Shown here: positions 1-9,488 of the stretch, one piece after another
Layout of the letters: every line of letters begins with the position of its first letter
Numbering within the stretch: the stretch's first letter is position 1
Source: Limisphaerales bacterium
Lineage (GTDB): Bacteria > Verrucomicrobiota > Verrucomicrobiia > Limisphaerales > AAA164-E04
Assembly (NCBI GenBank): GCA_965227305.1
Contig: OZ245740.1
Location: 9,449,524-9,513,523 of the forward strand
Length of the DNA stretch: 64,000 nt
Direction: 5' to 3'
Notes under the pieces: generated by a model
What the model was told of the DNA's origin: nothing
The model's input: the letters and a program-made list of their open reading frames with translations, nothing else
Databases searched by the model: none
Made by a program: the position numbers and the translations under genes

Positions 1-302
1 ACGCTGGCATCGTCGGGAGCTTTTTGGAGAAGTTCCGTAGTGATGTTGAGGGCGTCTTCCCAACGATTCTCTTTCGCGAGCTCAAAGACCTGGGTGATCT
101 CGGTGTCGTACTTTTTGCTATATTTGGGCGCGTCGGCGCTAAGATCGATCCGAGCCGGTTTTGGGGGCGATTTTTTCTTCTCCTTGGAGCCGCTTTGGCA
201 GCCGAGGAGACAAGACAAGGCGACGGTCAGGGGTAGGAGTGACCCTGGGGTGGACCGTCCCCGTATCGTGAAGCATTTGAGCAAGCGCTTACCTAGCAGC
301 AT
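1..302 (-). CDS. Lipoprotein, N-terminal part only (the gene runs off the left edge); possibly TPR-like
   Basis: Not in the ORF track because no stop lies inside the window. I translated the reverse complement by hand from the ATG at 302..300 and it stays open to position 1: MLLGKRLLKCFTIRGRSTPGSLLPLTVALSCLLGCQSGSKEKKKSPPKPARIDLSADAPKYSKKYDTEITQVFELAKENRWEDALNITTELLQKAPDDAS. It has an LLGC lipobox-like motif followed by a Lys/Pro-rich linker. Confidence 0.5.
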   Translation of the reverse strand, partial: MLLGKRLLKCFTIRGRSTPGSLLPLTVALSCLLGCQSGSKEKKKSPPKPARIDLSADAPKYSKKYDTEITQVFELAKENRWEDALNITTELLQKAPDDAS

Positions 303-583
303 TGAGTGAGGATTGACGCGTCGGGTTGCTCGGGCATTCGATATTTCGTGCTAAAAGGATACGACGGATTGCGGACCGGAAGGCAACCCTCCACGACGGG
401 CTCTGTGCAACAGATGTGGGTGCCTATTCATCTTTACGGATTCAAACGAAAACGACTCTGGAGTACGTCAATCGAGACTCACGCGGACAAGGCGAGAGTT
501 TCAGCGTCTAGTATACATCAATTTGAAAACCGCGCTGGAAAAAGTTGCGAGTTTTGGTGGTCCTTTTTGCGGGTGGGTTGGGG

Positions 584-624
584 AAAAAGAAATCCCGCGT
601 CTGCGAGGATCGCAAACGCGGGAT
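584..624 (-). terminator. Rho-independent terminator downstream of the DUF4126 gene
   Basis: Arm atcccgcgt (592-600) pairs with acgcgggat (616-624). An inner tgcga/tcgca pairing extends the stem around a 3-nt loop. On the minus strand the hairpin is followed by ttcttttt (the plus-strand A-tract at 584-591). It lies 28 nt after the stop at 652. Confidence 0.75.
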
Positions 625-651
625 GAAAGAGGAATCTAGTTCGAGCCTGGT

Positions 652-1251
652 CTATTGGGTGCCGACAACCGGACTAGGAGCCGCCAGCGAGCGACGATCG
701 ATGAAGAGTTTCTTGATCGCGAAGGCCAGCAAGCCCATCACGACGAACAGCGTGAGCGCGGGAACCATGATAGCAAGAGCGGATACCGTGGCCGCGCCAC
801 CCATCTCCATGGTGGAGAGGAATGGGTTACCGAGTCCACCCGTGGTGAGGGAGGACCCCCCTCGCAGGATGGCGGTGGCCGCGTGGAAGAATCCGGCAGA
901 GCTGCCCCCGGCAATCACCGCGAAGGTCCATTGGACGAAGGGACTCACGTCACTCACCATAGAGGCGGATAAAACTGTCCCTGCCACGACGGCGGCCGGA
1001 GCTGCGGCGGCATCGAGCATGTTGTCGACCCAGGGAACGTAGTAGCCCACCACTTCACAACCCACTGCGACCGTGAAGGCAATCATCGCGGGCGGGGTGG
1101 CCATCCATTGAAATCCATCGGCCAATTCGAGATGACCCGAATAGGCGGCGAGACTGACGATCAGAGGCGGGACAAACACGCGGAACCCACAGGCCGCGCT
1201 GAGACCGAGTCCTATCATCATTCCGAGAAGGGCTTCTGCAGTTATTTCCAT
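652..1251 (-). CDS. DUF4126-like integral membrane protein
   Basis: Track ORF 652..1257. That start is a TTG; an ATG lies two codons downstream at 1251. The protein is Gly/Ala-rich and polytopic (GLGLSAACGFRVFVPPLIVSLAAY..., AGGSSAGFFHAATAILRGGSSLTTGGLGNP), which resembles the DUF4126 family from memory. Confidence 0.7.
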   Translation of the reverse strand: MEITAEALLGMMIGLGLSAACGFRVFVPPLIVSLAAYSGHLELADGFQWMATPPAMIAFTVAVGCEVVGYYVPWVDNMLDAAAAPAAVVAGTVLSASMVSDVSPFVQWTFAVIAGGSSAGFFHAATAILRGGSSLTTGGLGNPFLSTMEMGGAATVSALAIMVPALTLFVVMGLLAFAIKKLFIDRRSLAAPSPVVGTQ

Positions 1252-1429
1252 AATCAAATCCTCGCTGAAAGGTTAGTTCTGTTCTCAATACCCAACTGGA
1301 TCGGGGAAAGTTTCATTTCGAATCCAGTTTTTTCGTGGGGCCTATCCTACCGAATTCGGCGGGATTGGGAGTATACAAAAAGCGGTGAGCGTTTGGAATG
1401 GGGCTCGTTTTGCCTCAAAACGGCTGTTC

Positions 1430-3844
1430 TTAGGGGAAACTACGCCGAAATGTGAGGAAAAGCCCGTGCGCGGTGTAGTCGTTCGCCCCTTGCGTGAAGG
1501 GCTCACGGTAGTCAAAAAAGCCGTATTGGGCGCGGATTTGACTGTTTTGACTCAGGTTTTTGGTGAATCCGGTGACGATGCCATGCCGATCATAATCCAT
1601 CCCGAGAGGGAGATTGAGAGGCGTATCCGATTGAGCAAAGTCCGCTTTGGAGAAGGAATAGGTGGTTTCCCACGTAAGCGACTTGCTCACAATGTAGTTG
1701 GCAGAGCCGAGCACGGTATAGAGCTGGCCTTCGTAGGGAACGACGATCGCACCATCCGTCACGCCGCTCGTGGTTCGGAGATCGCTGACGGTGGCCGTGG
1801 CCGAGAGGTAGAGTCGATTCCAGGGCTGGGCGGTCGTGGAGATGGTGTAGTGGTGGGCGTCGAAATTGCCGGAATAGATGTCATTCGCGGGAAAGACCGT
1901 TCCAAAGACATCGACGGAATCGGTTGCGGTGCGGAAATCCGTGGCGGTGAGCCGATACGCCAGGCTGGTCCGAACGCGACGATGGGGTTTGAGGGTGAGC
2001 TTGACCTGAAAATCGTCCGTATCCGTATCGCGGGATCGGATGAAGGCGGAAAAACCATTTCCCGGTGGGGCGAAGGTGCCGAGGTCCGTGTCGAGATCGT
2101 GATTGTAGTCGTTTTGGCGAAAACGGCGGCGGTACCAACTCTCAATGGAAGCCCAACTCAAGGGTGAGTAGGTGATCCCGGTTCGGTATTCCTTGTGATC
2201 CATGGTGGCGTCGGTGTCGCGCATGAAATCCGTGGCATCCGGGAATCCATCGTCAATGAATTGATTCTCTCGTTGGCCGATATCCCGTTGCTGGAACTTG
2301 GCATCTAGATACAGGACGGTGTGGCGGAGTTTATCATAGCGCAGGCCAAAGTTTTCCTCGGTGGTGATTTGGTCGATGTTGGAACCGATCCCGGTTGGGG
2401 AGCCGAAGACGAAGATATCGCCATCGCCGCTCTGGCTGGTCCAATCGTTCTGCACGCCGGCGAATAGACTCAGGCCATCCCAGGGGCCGAAGAGCGAATT
2501 GACATTGATGACGTGGGAGTCGCGATCGAGGACGATGCCTTGGCTGGTATCGCCTTGGAACGGGGCGGCGGCCAGGTTGGTGGGGAGGAAGGTTTCGAGG
2601 TTGAAGCCGGCATCGGCGCTGAGATCGGAGTAAAGGTAACCGGCGGAGACGAGCCACCAGGGTTTGAGCTGTTTTTCAGCTCGGATGGTGTTGGAGCCTT
2701 GGAATTGATCGTAGTCTTCTTCGACGCGAGTCGCAGAGGCGGGAGCCGCGTCACCAGCGGTGATGAAGTCGGCGGTAGAACGTCGGGTTTCTAGATTGGT
2801 AAAGGTGCCGCGAAACGATTCATCCAATTGCCATCCCTTCCAGGTGTGCGAGACATCGAGCTTGATGATGTGGGTCTCTTCATCGATGGCTTTGGCGCTG
2901 GGATAGATCCCGCGACCCGTGGCGCCGGGCGGGGTGGCCGGAAAGACTGGGCCCCAGTGGAGCATGGATTTTTCGCCGTCACGGAACTGGTGTTCGTAGC
3001 CGAGCACGATCCGGGGCCAGTTTGGTAGCGTGAGGCCCACGTCGATCCAGGCACGGCCCGTGTCGAGGTAGAGATCGCGATCCAAAGAGATGGCGCCTTG
3101 GCCGACGTCGCTCGCGAAGCCGCCGGTGTTGTCATAGAAGCGTCGGAACTGATCGTAGCCCAACTGAATAAAGCCCAAATCGGGGCGGGTGAAGGTCACG
3201 TCAAATTCGTGATCCTCGGTTTCAAAGATCGAGCGCCCGTTGAGTTCCACTCGCGTGCCGTCTTTCATGCGGTCCTTGAGCGTGAAGCGGGAAATCCCAC
3301 CACTGAATCCGTCTGCTTGCCAATAATGTTCCCGGAAACGGGCTTCGTCTCCGGAGACGGAGATGTAATTGAGAGTCGGTTCGAAAACGTAGGAAAGGGA
3401 GGGTTCTTCGGCTGCGGCATCCCATTCGGCGCCTTGATCGATCCAGGCGCGGAGAACGGCGATTTGATCCGTATTCAAGCGTTCGGCTTTGCCGATGGGT
3501 GGCATTTCCAGATCTTCTTCGAGGTGGGCCACGAAATGGATCAGCGGGCTGTTGGCGCTATCGCCAATCAGAATGTTCTCCCCATAGTCGCCGCCAGCCA
3601 GCGCGGTGTCGCGGTGTCTCAGGTTGAATCCGCCTTTGGGGCGTTCATCGCCATGGCATTGGAAACAGTGGCCTTCGAAAATTGGAAGCACGTCTTGGGA
3701 GTACACCACCGTGCGATCCACGGGCGGTGGGAGTTGCGAGATATCAACATCCTGGGCGCTGAGAGCGTGGTTGAGCGCGAGTGCCCCCAAGAGCCAAGTG
3801 GCGTGGGATCGGAGCTGCGGCGAGCGTCGAGTCGTCATAGCCAT
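1430..3844 (-). CDS. Exported protein: N-terminal Planctomycete-type cytochrome c domain (PSCyt1-like, CFQCH) fused to a ~670-aa putative outer-membrane beta-barrel
   Basis: 804-aa ORF. Signal peptide MAMTTRRSPQLRSHATWLLGALALNHALSAQD. Heme motif VLPIFEGHCFQCHGDERPKGGFNLR...MPP...LRAWIDQGAEW. The rest is aromatic-rich with alternating hydrophobic strands (LVSAGYLYSDLSADAGFNLETF, FQVKLTLKPHRRVRTSLAYRL, YTVLGSANYIVSKSLTWETTYSF) and ends with the terminal strand GLFLTFRRSFP. Confidence 0.75.
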   Translation of the reverse strand: MAMTTRRSPQLRSHATWLLGALALNHALSAQDVDISQLPPPVDRTVVYSQDVLPIFEGHCFQCHGDERPKGGFNLRHRDTALAGGDYGENILIGDSANSPLIHFVAHLEEDLEMPPIGKAERLNTDQIAVLRAWIDQGAEWDAAAEEPSLSYVFEPTLNYISVSGDEARFREHYWQADGFSGGISRFTLKDRMKDGTRVELNGRSIFETEDHEFDVTFTRPDLGFIQLGYDQFRRFYDNTGGFASDVGQGAISLDRDLYLDTGRAWIDVGLTLPNWPRIVLGYEHQFRDGEKSMLHWGPVFPATPPGATGRGIYPSAKAIDEETHIIKLDVSHTWKGWQLDESFRGTFTNLETRRSTADFITAGDAAPASATRVEEDYDQFQGSNTIRAEKQLKPWWLVSAGYLYSDLSADAGFNLETFLPTNLAAAPFQGDTSQGIVLDRDSHVINVNSLFGPWDGLSLFAGVQNDWTSQSGDGDIFVFGSPTGIGSNIDQITTEENFGLRYDKLRHTVLYLDAKFQQRDIGQRENQFIDDGFPDATDFMRDTDATMDHKEYRTGITYSPLSWASIESWYRRRFRQNDYNHDLDTDLGTFAPPGNGFSAFIRSRDTDTDDFQVKLTLKPHRRVRTSLAYRLTATDFRTATDSVDVFGTVFPANDIYSGNFDAHHYTISTTAQPWNRLYLSATATVSDLRTTSGVTDGAIVVPYEGQLYTVLGSANYIVSKSLTWETTYSFSKADFAQSDTPLNLPLGMDYDRHGIVTGFTKNLSQNSQIRAQYGFFDYREPFTQGANDYTAHGLFLTFRRSFP

Positions 3845-3868
3845 TCCGGTTTCTCTACGGTTTGGGGG

Positions 3869-4783
3869 TTAATACAGGAGTCGCGGGTTGACCATGGAAC
3901 CATGCACCGCGGTATGGCAACCGGCCGTCCAGCAGGTGCCCATTTGGAGAAACGCGCTGTGATCGACCTTGCCAACCAGGACTTGGGTGGGATCGAACTG
4001 CATTTGCGAGTGACAACGCAGGCAGAGATGCGCGTCGCGTTGGACGAGCATCTTGTCATTCATGGAGCCGTGGGGTTGGTGACAGGTCGTGCACCCGTCT
4101 CGCATGCCTTCATGGACGAAGACGAAGTTTCGGGTTTGTTCCCGGTGACAGGCGGCGCATTGTTGGTCCTGGCGGGCGAGTCCGAGTCCACCGGGTTGTT
4201 TGAAGATTTCGCGGCCGTGGGGGTCGTGGCAATCCACGCAATTCATTTGGCCTTCGAGCACGGGGTGATGTTGGGGCAGGCGGAACTCGGCATGCTTTTC
4301 TTGGTGACACTCCATGCAGGGTTGGGGATCGCGGCCGGGGTTGTGAATGAAGACACCTTTGCCGCCGCCGGCCGTGATGTGTTTGCTGCCGGGACCGTGG
4401 CACGATTCGCAACCGCTGACGCCGTGGTGACTGGTGTCGTCCTTAAAGAATCGGGCGTGAACACTGGCCGGGAAGGCGCGGGTGATTTCACCGTGGCAAT
4501 CCGCGCATTTCTGGTTCCCGACGAACTCGGCGCCCTCGATTTGCGGCGGGGTGACGAGGGATTGACTCACCGAGGTGCACGAGGATGGTAAGGCGAGGAG
4601 GCAAAGTGCGACACCGAGAGTCAGTAGCGAAAAGGGGAGCCATTGACCGAGGCGGCGAGTGAATCCGGCTTGGGGTGTGGAAGGAGGGGGTTCCATAAGT
4701 GTCAACTTCCAGTGTACGAGGTAGTTAGGGATCTCGTGGGACGGTGAGAGAGTAGGGGGGAGTCGCAGATTGTCAAGGGACAT
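3869..4783 (-). CDS. Multiheme (about 8 heme) c-type cytochrome, exported
   Basis: Seven CXXCH motifs (CADCH, CESCH, CMECH, CVDCH, CAACH, CTTCH, CLRCH) plus one CX4CH (CWTAGCH) in about 260 mature residues. Hydrophobic signal LPFSLLTLGVALCLLALPSSC. The start is uncertain: an alternative ATG lies at 4696. Only 24 nt separate it from the downstream barrel gene. Confidence 0.85.
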   Translation of the reverse strand: MSLDNLRLPPTLSPSHEIPNYLVHWKLTLMEPPPSTPQAGFTRRLGQWLPFSLLTLGVALCLLALPSSCTSVSQSLVTPPQIEGAEFVGNQKCADCHGEITRAFPASVHARFFKDDTSHHGVSGCESCHGPGSKHITAGGGKGVFIHNPGRDPQPCMECHQEKHAEFRLPQHHPVLEGQMNCVDCHDPHGREIFKQPGGLGLARQDQQCAACHREQTRNFVFVHEGMRDGCTTCHQPHGSMNDKMLVQRDAHLCLRCHSQMQFDPTQVLVGKVDHSAFLQMGTCWTAGCHTAVHGSMVNPRLLY

Positions 4784-4841
4784 TCAAGAGCGCCCGGAGG
4801 TTCCCGTGTTGCCCGCTTTTCCAAGCGTTGGCTGGCAAAAT

Positions 4842-5013
4842 GGTGGGGCGAGCGTACCCGCGAGCCGTTGGGCAAGAGCAGGTAACGCACACACCGTCTC
4901 CGTGCGGTCGAAAGTTTTGGTGGTCCTGTCCTCGTGCGCCGGGGATCCTTCGGAATTGGCGTCCATCGTTGTGCCGACGGCTCGCGAGTACGCTCTCCCC
5001 ACCTTCCGGAACC
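4842..5013. repeat. Palindromic intergenic repeat, copy a (long variant, inverted relative to copies b-e)
   Basis: Arm ggtggggcgagcgtacccgcgagccgtt (4842-4869) is complementary, with a few mismatches, to gacggctcgcgagtacgctctccccacc (4986-5013). It lies in the divergent region between the cytochrome gene and leuS. Confidence 0.85.
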
Positions 5014-5092
5014 GAACGTCGCGCGTCTCTTTAAAGACTTCTTCCAGAAGGGGGTTGCGGTCCGGGGCCGATTTTTTCAATATGCCCGGCCT

Positions 5093-7783
5093 ATGTCGAC
5101 TGCACGCAAGTCGTATCCGTTCCATTTGATTGAGCCAAAGTGGCAAGACCGCTGGTTGGAGAACGAAACGTTTCGGGCTTGGAATCCCGGGGAAGACATC
5201 CCCGCCACGCACCCATTCGCCCAACGGCACGGCCTTTCCGGCGCCGTGGATGGCGCGGCGCTCCCGCCGAAATACTACATTTTGGATATGTTCCCGTATC
5301 CCTCGGGCGCCGGGCTTCATGTGGGACATCCCGAAGGTTATACCGCCACCGATATCCTGGCCCGCTACAAGCGTGCGCGCGGGTTCAACGTCTTGCACCC
5401 GATGGGGTGGGACGCGTTTGGGCTACCGGCCGAGCAGTACGCGATTAAGACCGGGAAACACCCAAGGGAAACCACGGAAAAGAATGTAAATGAATTCCGG
5501 CGACAGATCCGGGCTCTGGGTTTCAGCTACGATTGGAGCCGGGAAGTCAACACGACGGATCCAAAATACTACCAGTGGACGCAGTGGATCTTTCTGCAAA
5601 TCTACCATTCCTATTTCGATGCGGAGGCCAACCGGGCCAAGTCGATCGATGAACTAAAGGTTCAAGATGAGGTCAGCGCCGGAGTCAGTGAAGCCGAACA
5701 GATTCGGGACGCGCGCTTGGCTTATGTGGCCGAAGCGCCGGTAAATTGGTGTCCGGAGCTGGGTACCGTGCTGGCCAACGAAGAAGTGATCGATGGAAAG
5801 AGCGAGGTGGGGGGACATCCCGTCGAGCGTCGTCCCATGCGCCAATGGATGATGCGGATTACGGCCTTCGCTGGCCGTTTATTGAAAGACTTGGATGGGA
5901 TTGAATGGAGCCAGTCTTTGAAAGAGATGCAACGGAACTGGATCGGTCGTTCCGAGGGTGCTGAGGTGATCTTTCGCGTGGCTGGAAGCGACGATCAGAT
6001 CACGGTGTTTACGACCCGACCCGACACCTTGTTTGGTGCGACGTACATGGTTTTGGCTCCCGAGCATAGGTTGGTGGAGCGTATCACTAAGCCGGATTGT
6101 GTGGAGGCAGTGAAGGCCTACCAGGCGGCCGCCGGTGCCAAGAGTGATTTGGAACGGACGGATTTGGCGAAAGACAAGTCCGGGGTTTTCACTGGCGCGT
6201 TTGCGGTCAATCCGGTGAATGGCGAGGAAGTCCCGATCTGGATCTCGGACTATGTTTTGGTGACCTATGGCACGGGAGCGATTATGGCCGTGCCGGCGCA
6301 TGATTCGCGCGATCTCGAATTTGCCGAAAAATTCAACCTGCCGGTTAAGAAAGTGGTTCAAGCGCCAGAGGGCGTTGAGTCCATCGGGTTCACAGGCGAA
6401 GGAACGAGCGTGAACTCAGATTTCTTGACGGATCTTCCCACCCCGCAGGCTAAGAAGAAGATCCTGGCTTGGTTGGAAGAGCACGGGCACGGGCGCCGGA
6501 CGATCAACTACAAGTTACGGGACTGGTTGTTTAGCCGACAGCGGTATTGGGGTGAACCTTTTCCGATCGTTTGGCGGGATGGGCAACATGGGGCGATCTC
6601 GGCCGACGAGTTGCCGTTGGTACCGCCCGGTCTGGATGATTATAAGCCGACCCAAGACGGAGAACCGCCGTTGGCCCGAGCAACTGAATGGTGTGCTGTC
6701 GGGGATGGTGGGCGACGGGAGACCAACACCATGCCTCAGTGGGCCGGGAGCTGCTGGTACTATTTGAGGTATTTAGATCCCAAGAATCAGGACGCGCTTT
6801 GCGATCCAGCCGTTGAGAAATACTGGATGGGAAGCGATGGACGCGAGGGCAGCGTGCCGGGTGTCGACTTGTATGTCGGGGGGACTGAGCATGCCGTTCT
6901 TCACCTCCTGTACGCCCGTTTCTGGCACAAGGTTTTGTTTGATCTGGGCCATGTGTCGACTCCCGAGCCGTTTTACAAGCTAGTCAACCAAGGGCTCATC
7001 CTAGGCGAGGATGGGCAGAAGATGTCTAAGTCCCGCGGCAACGTGGTGAATCCCGATGATATCCTCGAGCTTTACGGCGCGGATGCGTTGCGTCTCTACG
7101 AGATGTTCATGGGGCCCTTGGAAATGGTGAAGCCATGGAACACCAAAGGGGTGGAAGGAGTTTACCGTTTCTTGGGACGGGTCTGGCGCTTGTTCGTCGA
7201 TTCGGATAGTGACAAAGCATTCCATCAGGAACTGGCAGTGGCTGTAGGGGACGCGACCGCGTTGTTGGAATCGATTGCATTGGATTCAGCCGTGCAAGAC
7301 GTCGAACCCACTAAGGATCAGTTGAAAGTGTTGCATGCCTGTATCCAAAAGGTGACCGAAGATCTCGACGCGATGCACTTTAATACCGCGATTTCAGCGC
7401 TGATGGTGTTTGCGAACGAAGCGAGTGGTTGGGACGTGCGTCCGAACTCTGTATTGCGCACGTTCCTGCGTCTGTTGGAACCTTTTGCGCCGCACTTGGC
7501 GGAGGAGTTGTTTTCAAAATTGGAAGGGCGCAATGACGGGACCTTGGCCTACGCTGAGTGGCCGAGTTTTGATCCGGCCTTGTTGGTGGAAGACACCTTG
7601 GAAATTCCCGTTCAGGTCAATGGCAAGCTGCGTGCCCGAGTGACCGTAAGCCAGACCGCTTCGAAGGATGAGATTGAGGCGGCCGCGCTGGCCGATCCGA
7701 AGTTGGTGGCGTTCCTGGAAGGGAAGACCATTCGGAACGTGATTGTCGTGCCCAAGAAACTGGTGAATGTGGTAGCCAACTAG
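5093..7783 (+). CDS. leuS: Leucine--tRNA ligase
   Basis: Class I signatures HVGHPEGY (HIGH) and QKMSKSRGN (KMSKS). Typical LeuS blocks are present ([57 protein letters not shown]). I take the start at the ATG at 5093 ([10 protein letters not shown]). The track's 4934 start adds 53 aa read through repeat copy a. Confidence 0.95.
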   Translation: MSTARKSYPFHLIEPKWQDRWLENETFRAWNPGEDIPATHPFAQRHGLSGAVDGAALPPKYYILDMFPYPSGAGLHVGHPEGYTATDILARYKRARGFNVLHPMGWDAFGLPAEQYAIKTGKHPRETTEKNVNEFRRQIRALGFSYDWSREVNTTDPKYYQWTQWIFLQIYHSYFDAEANRAKSIDELKVQDEVSAGVSEAEQIRDARLAYVAEAPVNWCPELGTVLANEEVIDGKSEVGGHPVERRPMRQWMMRITAFAGRLLKDLDGIEWSQSLKEMQRNWIGRSEGAEVIFRVAGSDDQITVFTTRPDTLFGATYMVLAPEHRLVERITKPDCVEAVKAYQAAAGAKSDLERTDLAKDKSGVFTGAFAVNPVNGEEVPIWISDYVLVTYGTGAIMAVPAHDSRDLEFAEKFNLPVKKVVQAPEGVESIGFTGEGTSVNSDFLTDLPTPQAKKKILAWLEEHGHGRRTINYKLRDWLFSRQRYWGEPFPIVWRDGQHGAISADELPLVPPGLDDYKPTQDGEPPLARATEWCAVGDGGRRETNTMPQWAGSCWYYLRYLDPKNQDALCDPAVEKYWMGSDGREGSVPGVDLYVGGTEHAVLHLLYARFWHKVLFDLGHVSTPEPFYKLVNQGLILGEDGQKMSKSRGNVVNPDDILELYGADALRLYEMFMGPLEMVKPWNTKGVEGVYRFLGRVWRLFVDSDSDKAFHQELAVAVGDATALLESIALDSAVQDVEPTKDQLKVLHACIQKVTEDLDAMHFNTAISALMVFANEASGWDVRPNSVLRTFLRLLEPFAPHLAEELFSKLEGRNDGTLAYAEWPSFDPALLVEDTLEIPVQVNGKLRARVTVSQTASKDEIEAAALADPKLVAFLEGKTIRNVIVVPKKLVNVVAN

Positions 7784-7865
7784 GCTCGCTATCGGAACCA
7801 TTTGCCGCTTGGGGAGATTCGGTTAGAATGCGGCTGTTATAGGTCGTGGAAATGGAGAAGGTATT

Positions 7866-9224
7866 ATGGAGGCGATCGTTTCGGTATTGAATTCCATCAA
7901 CGGGGTGGTGTGGGGGCCGATCATGTTGGCTCTCATTCTCGGAGTGGGGCTGTACTTGCAAGTGGGGTTGGGCTTTCTGCCCGTACGGAAGTTGGGAGGT
8001 GCTTTCCGATTACTTTGGCAGGGACGCAAGGTCTCTGGCAAAGACGATGAGAAAGGCGAAATCTCTCCCTACAACGCACTCATGACGTCGCTCTCTGCCA
8101 CGGTGGGTACGGGGAACATTGCCGGTGTGGCGACGGCCGTTTTTTTAGGGGGACCCGGGGCCCTGTTTTGGATGTGGTGCACGGCTTTCGTGGGCTTGGC
8201 GACGAAGTATTTTGAAGCCCTATTGGCTGTGCGCTATCGCGAGGTGAACGCCAACGGGGACTATGTCGGGGGCCCCATGTATTACATCAAGAATGGGCTG
8301 GGACCGCGCTGGAATTGGTTAGCGGTGACGTTTGCCGTGTTCGGGACGGGGGCCGGGTTTGGCATCGGAAACATGGTGCAGTCGAACTCGATCGCGGACG
8401 TGCTCGCGAGCAATTTTGGTGCGCCGAATTGGTTGACCGGCGTTGTCATCTTCATCGGCGTTGCGGCGATTTTGATTGGTGGCCTGAAACGGATTGCGCA
8501 AGTGGCGGGTGCGCTTGTGCCGTTCATGGCGGGAGCCTATTTGTTGGCTGGTCTGGCCGCCTTGGCGATGAATGCCAGCGCGCTGCCGGGAGCCTTTGCC
8601 TTGGTCTTCAAGCATGCTTTTACGCCGTCTGCTGCGGAAGGCGGATTTGCCGGCGCCGCGGTTTGGTTCGCCATCCGGTATGGCGTGGCTCGTGGGGTGT
8701 TTTCCAATGAGGCCGGATTGGGGAGTGCGCCGATTGCCCATGCCGCGGCCCAAACGAACGATCCGGTGCGTCAGGGACTGATCGCGATGTTGGGGACCTT
8801 TATTGATACGATCATTGTTTGCACCATCACGGGCATGGTGATCCTGACTTCGGGAGTCTGGACGGGTGGCGAGCAAGGGGCGACGTTGACCGCTGCGGCC
8901 TTTGGTCAAGCCTTGCCGGGAATCGGACCGTACCTGGTTGCGATCTCGCTGACGATTTTCGCCTTCACCACCATTCTGGGTTGGAGCGTTTATGGGGAAC
9001 GCTGTGCGCAGTATCTGTTTGGTGCGGGAGCAGCCAAACCGTTTCGAGTCGTGTGGTGTTTGGCGGCGCCGCTGGGGGCCGTGGCTAGCTTGGACTCGGT
9101 GTGGTTGCTCTCGGATACACTGAACGCGTTGATGGCCGTGCCGAATCTCATTGCGTTGGCTTTATTGAGCCCGGTCGGCTTCAAGCTGACGAGGGACTGG
9201 GTGAAATCCCGAGCGTCCGGCTAA
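7866..9224 (+). CDS. Alanine/glycine:cation (sodium) symporter, AGCS family
   Basis: Hallmark block SPYNALMTSLSATVGTGNIAGVATAVFLGGPGALFWMW. About 11 hydrophobic segments. GGAGAAGG lies 6 nt upstream of the ATG. Confidence 0.9.
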   Translation: MEAIVSVLNSINGVVWGPIMLALILGVGLYLQVGLGFLPVRKLGGAFRLLWQGRKVSGKDDEKGEISPYNALMTSLSATVGTGNIAGVATAVFLGGPGALFWMWCTAFVGLATKYFEALLAVRYREVNANGDYVGGPMYYIKNGLGPRWNWLAVTFAVFGTGAGFGIGNMVQSNSIADVLASNFGAPNWLTGVVIFIGVAAILIGGLKRIAQVAGALVPFMAGAYLLAGLAALAMNASALPGAFALVFKHAFTPSAAEGGFAGAAVWFAIRYGVARGVFSNEAGLGSAPIAHAAAQTNDPVRQGLIAMLGTFIDTIIVCTITGMVILTSGVWTGGEQGATLTAAAFGQALPGIGPYLVAISLTIFAFTTILGWSVYGERCAQYLFGAGAAKPFRVVWCLAAPLGAVASLDSVWLLSDTLNALMAVPNLIALALLSPVGFKLTRDWVKSRASG

Positions 9225-9253
9225 CCACCGCCGTTCTGAATTTATTTCCGGAA

Positions 9254-9363
9254 GGTAGGGCGAGCGTACCCGCGAGCCGTTCCTACCCAAAGCGTCCCTC
9301 TGAGCCGATGGCCTTTGCGAACCCTGCTTTTGCCCAACGGCTCGCGGGTACGCTCGCCCTACC
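9254..9363. repeat. Palindromic intergenic repeat, copy b (archetype, 110 bp)
   Basis: Perfect 28-nt inverted arms: ggtagggcgagcgtacccgcgagccgtt (9254-9281) and aacggctcgcgggtacgctcgccctacc (9336-9363), with a 54-nt centre. Confidence 0.9.
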
Positions 9364-9488
9364 TTGGATCCAAGCTTCAGGAACTCGATCGTCTTTTCTG
9401 TTCTGTTCGACTTCGAGTGTGGCTCTGCTTTGCACTTGTTTCGGGGGCAAATCATGCGAGGATCAGGGTTGGTTTTTCTGGTCTGCAC

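Noticed and set aside
24-309. Plus-strand ORFs 24-236 and 40-309 at the left edge.
   Set aside because: The opposite strand gives an open frame from the ATG at 302 to the window edge, with a lipoprotein-type signal and a plausible soluble domain. The plus-strand products have no features.
3098-4591. A 497-aa plus-strand ORF, the longest unexplained ORF in the first 5 kb.
   Set aside because: It lies antisense to the barrel and octaheme cytochrome genes, whose products have clear signal peptides and heme motifs. Its own translation is Gly/Ala/Val/Arg-rich with no motif. This is a typical high-GC antisense ORF.
4934-5092. N-terminal extensions offered by the ORF track for leuS (4934), the RCC1 protein (9315), the first pilin (25041), the GspM-like protein (20196), the oxidoreductase (32862) and the DUF1559 gene (40269).
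   Set aside because: The extensions run through repeat elements or A/C-rich leaders, or they overlap the upstream gene. Internal ATGs give canonical N-termini in each case: the LeuS start, signal peptides, the class III pilin leader, or the Rossmann start.
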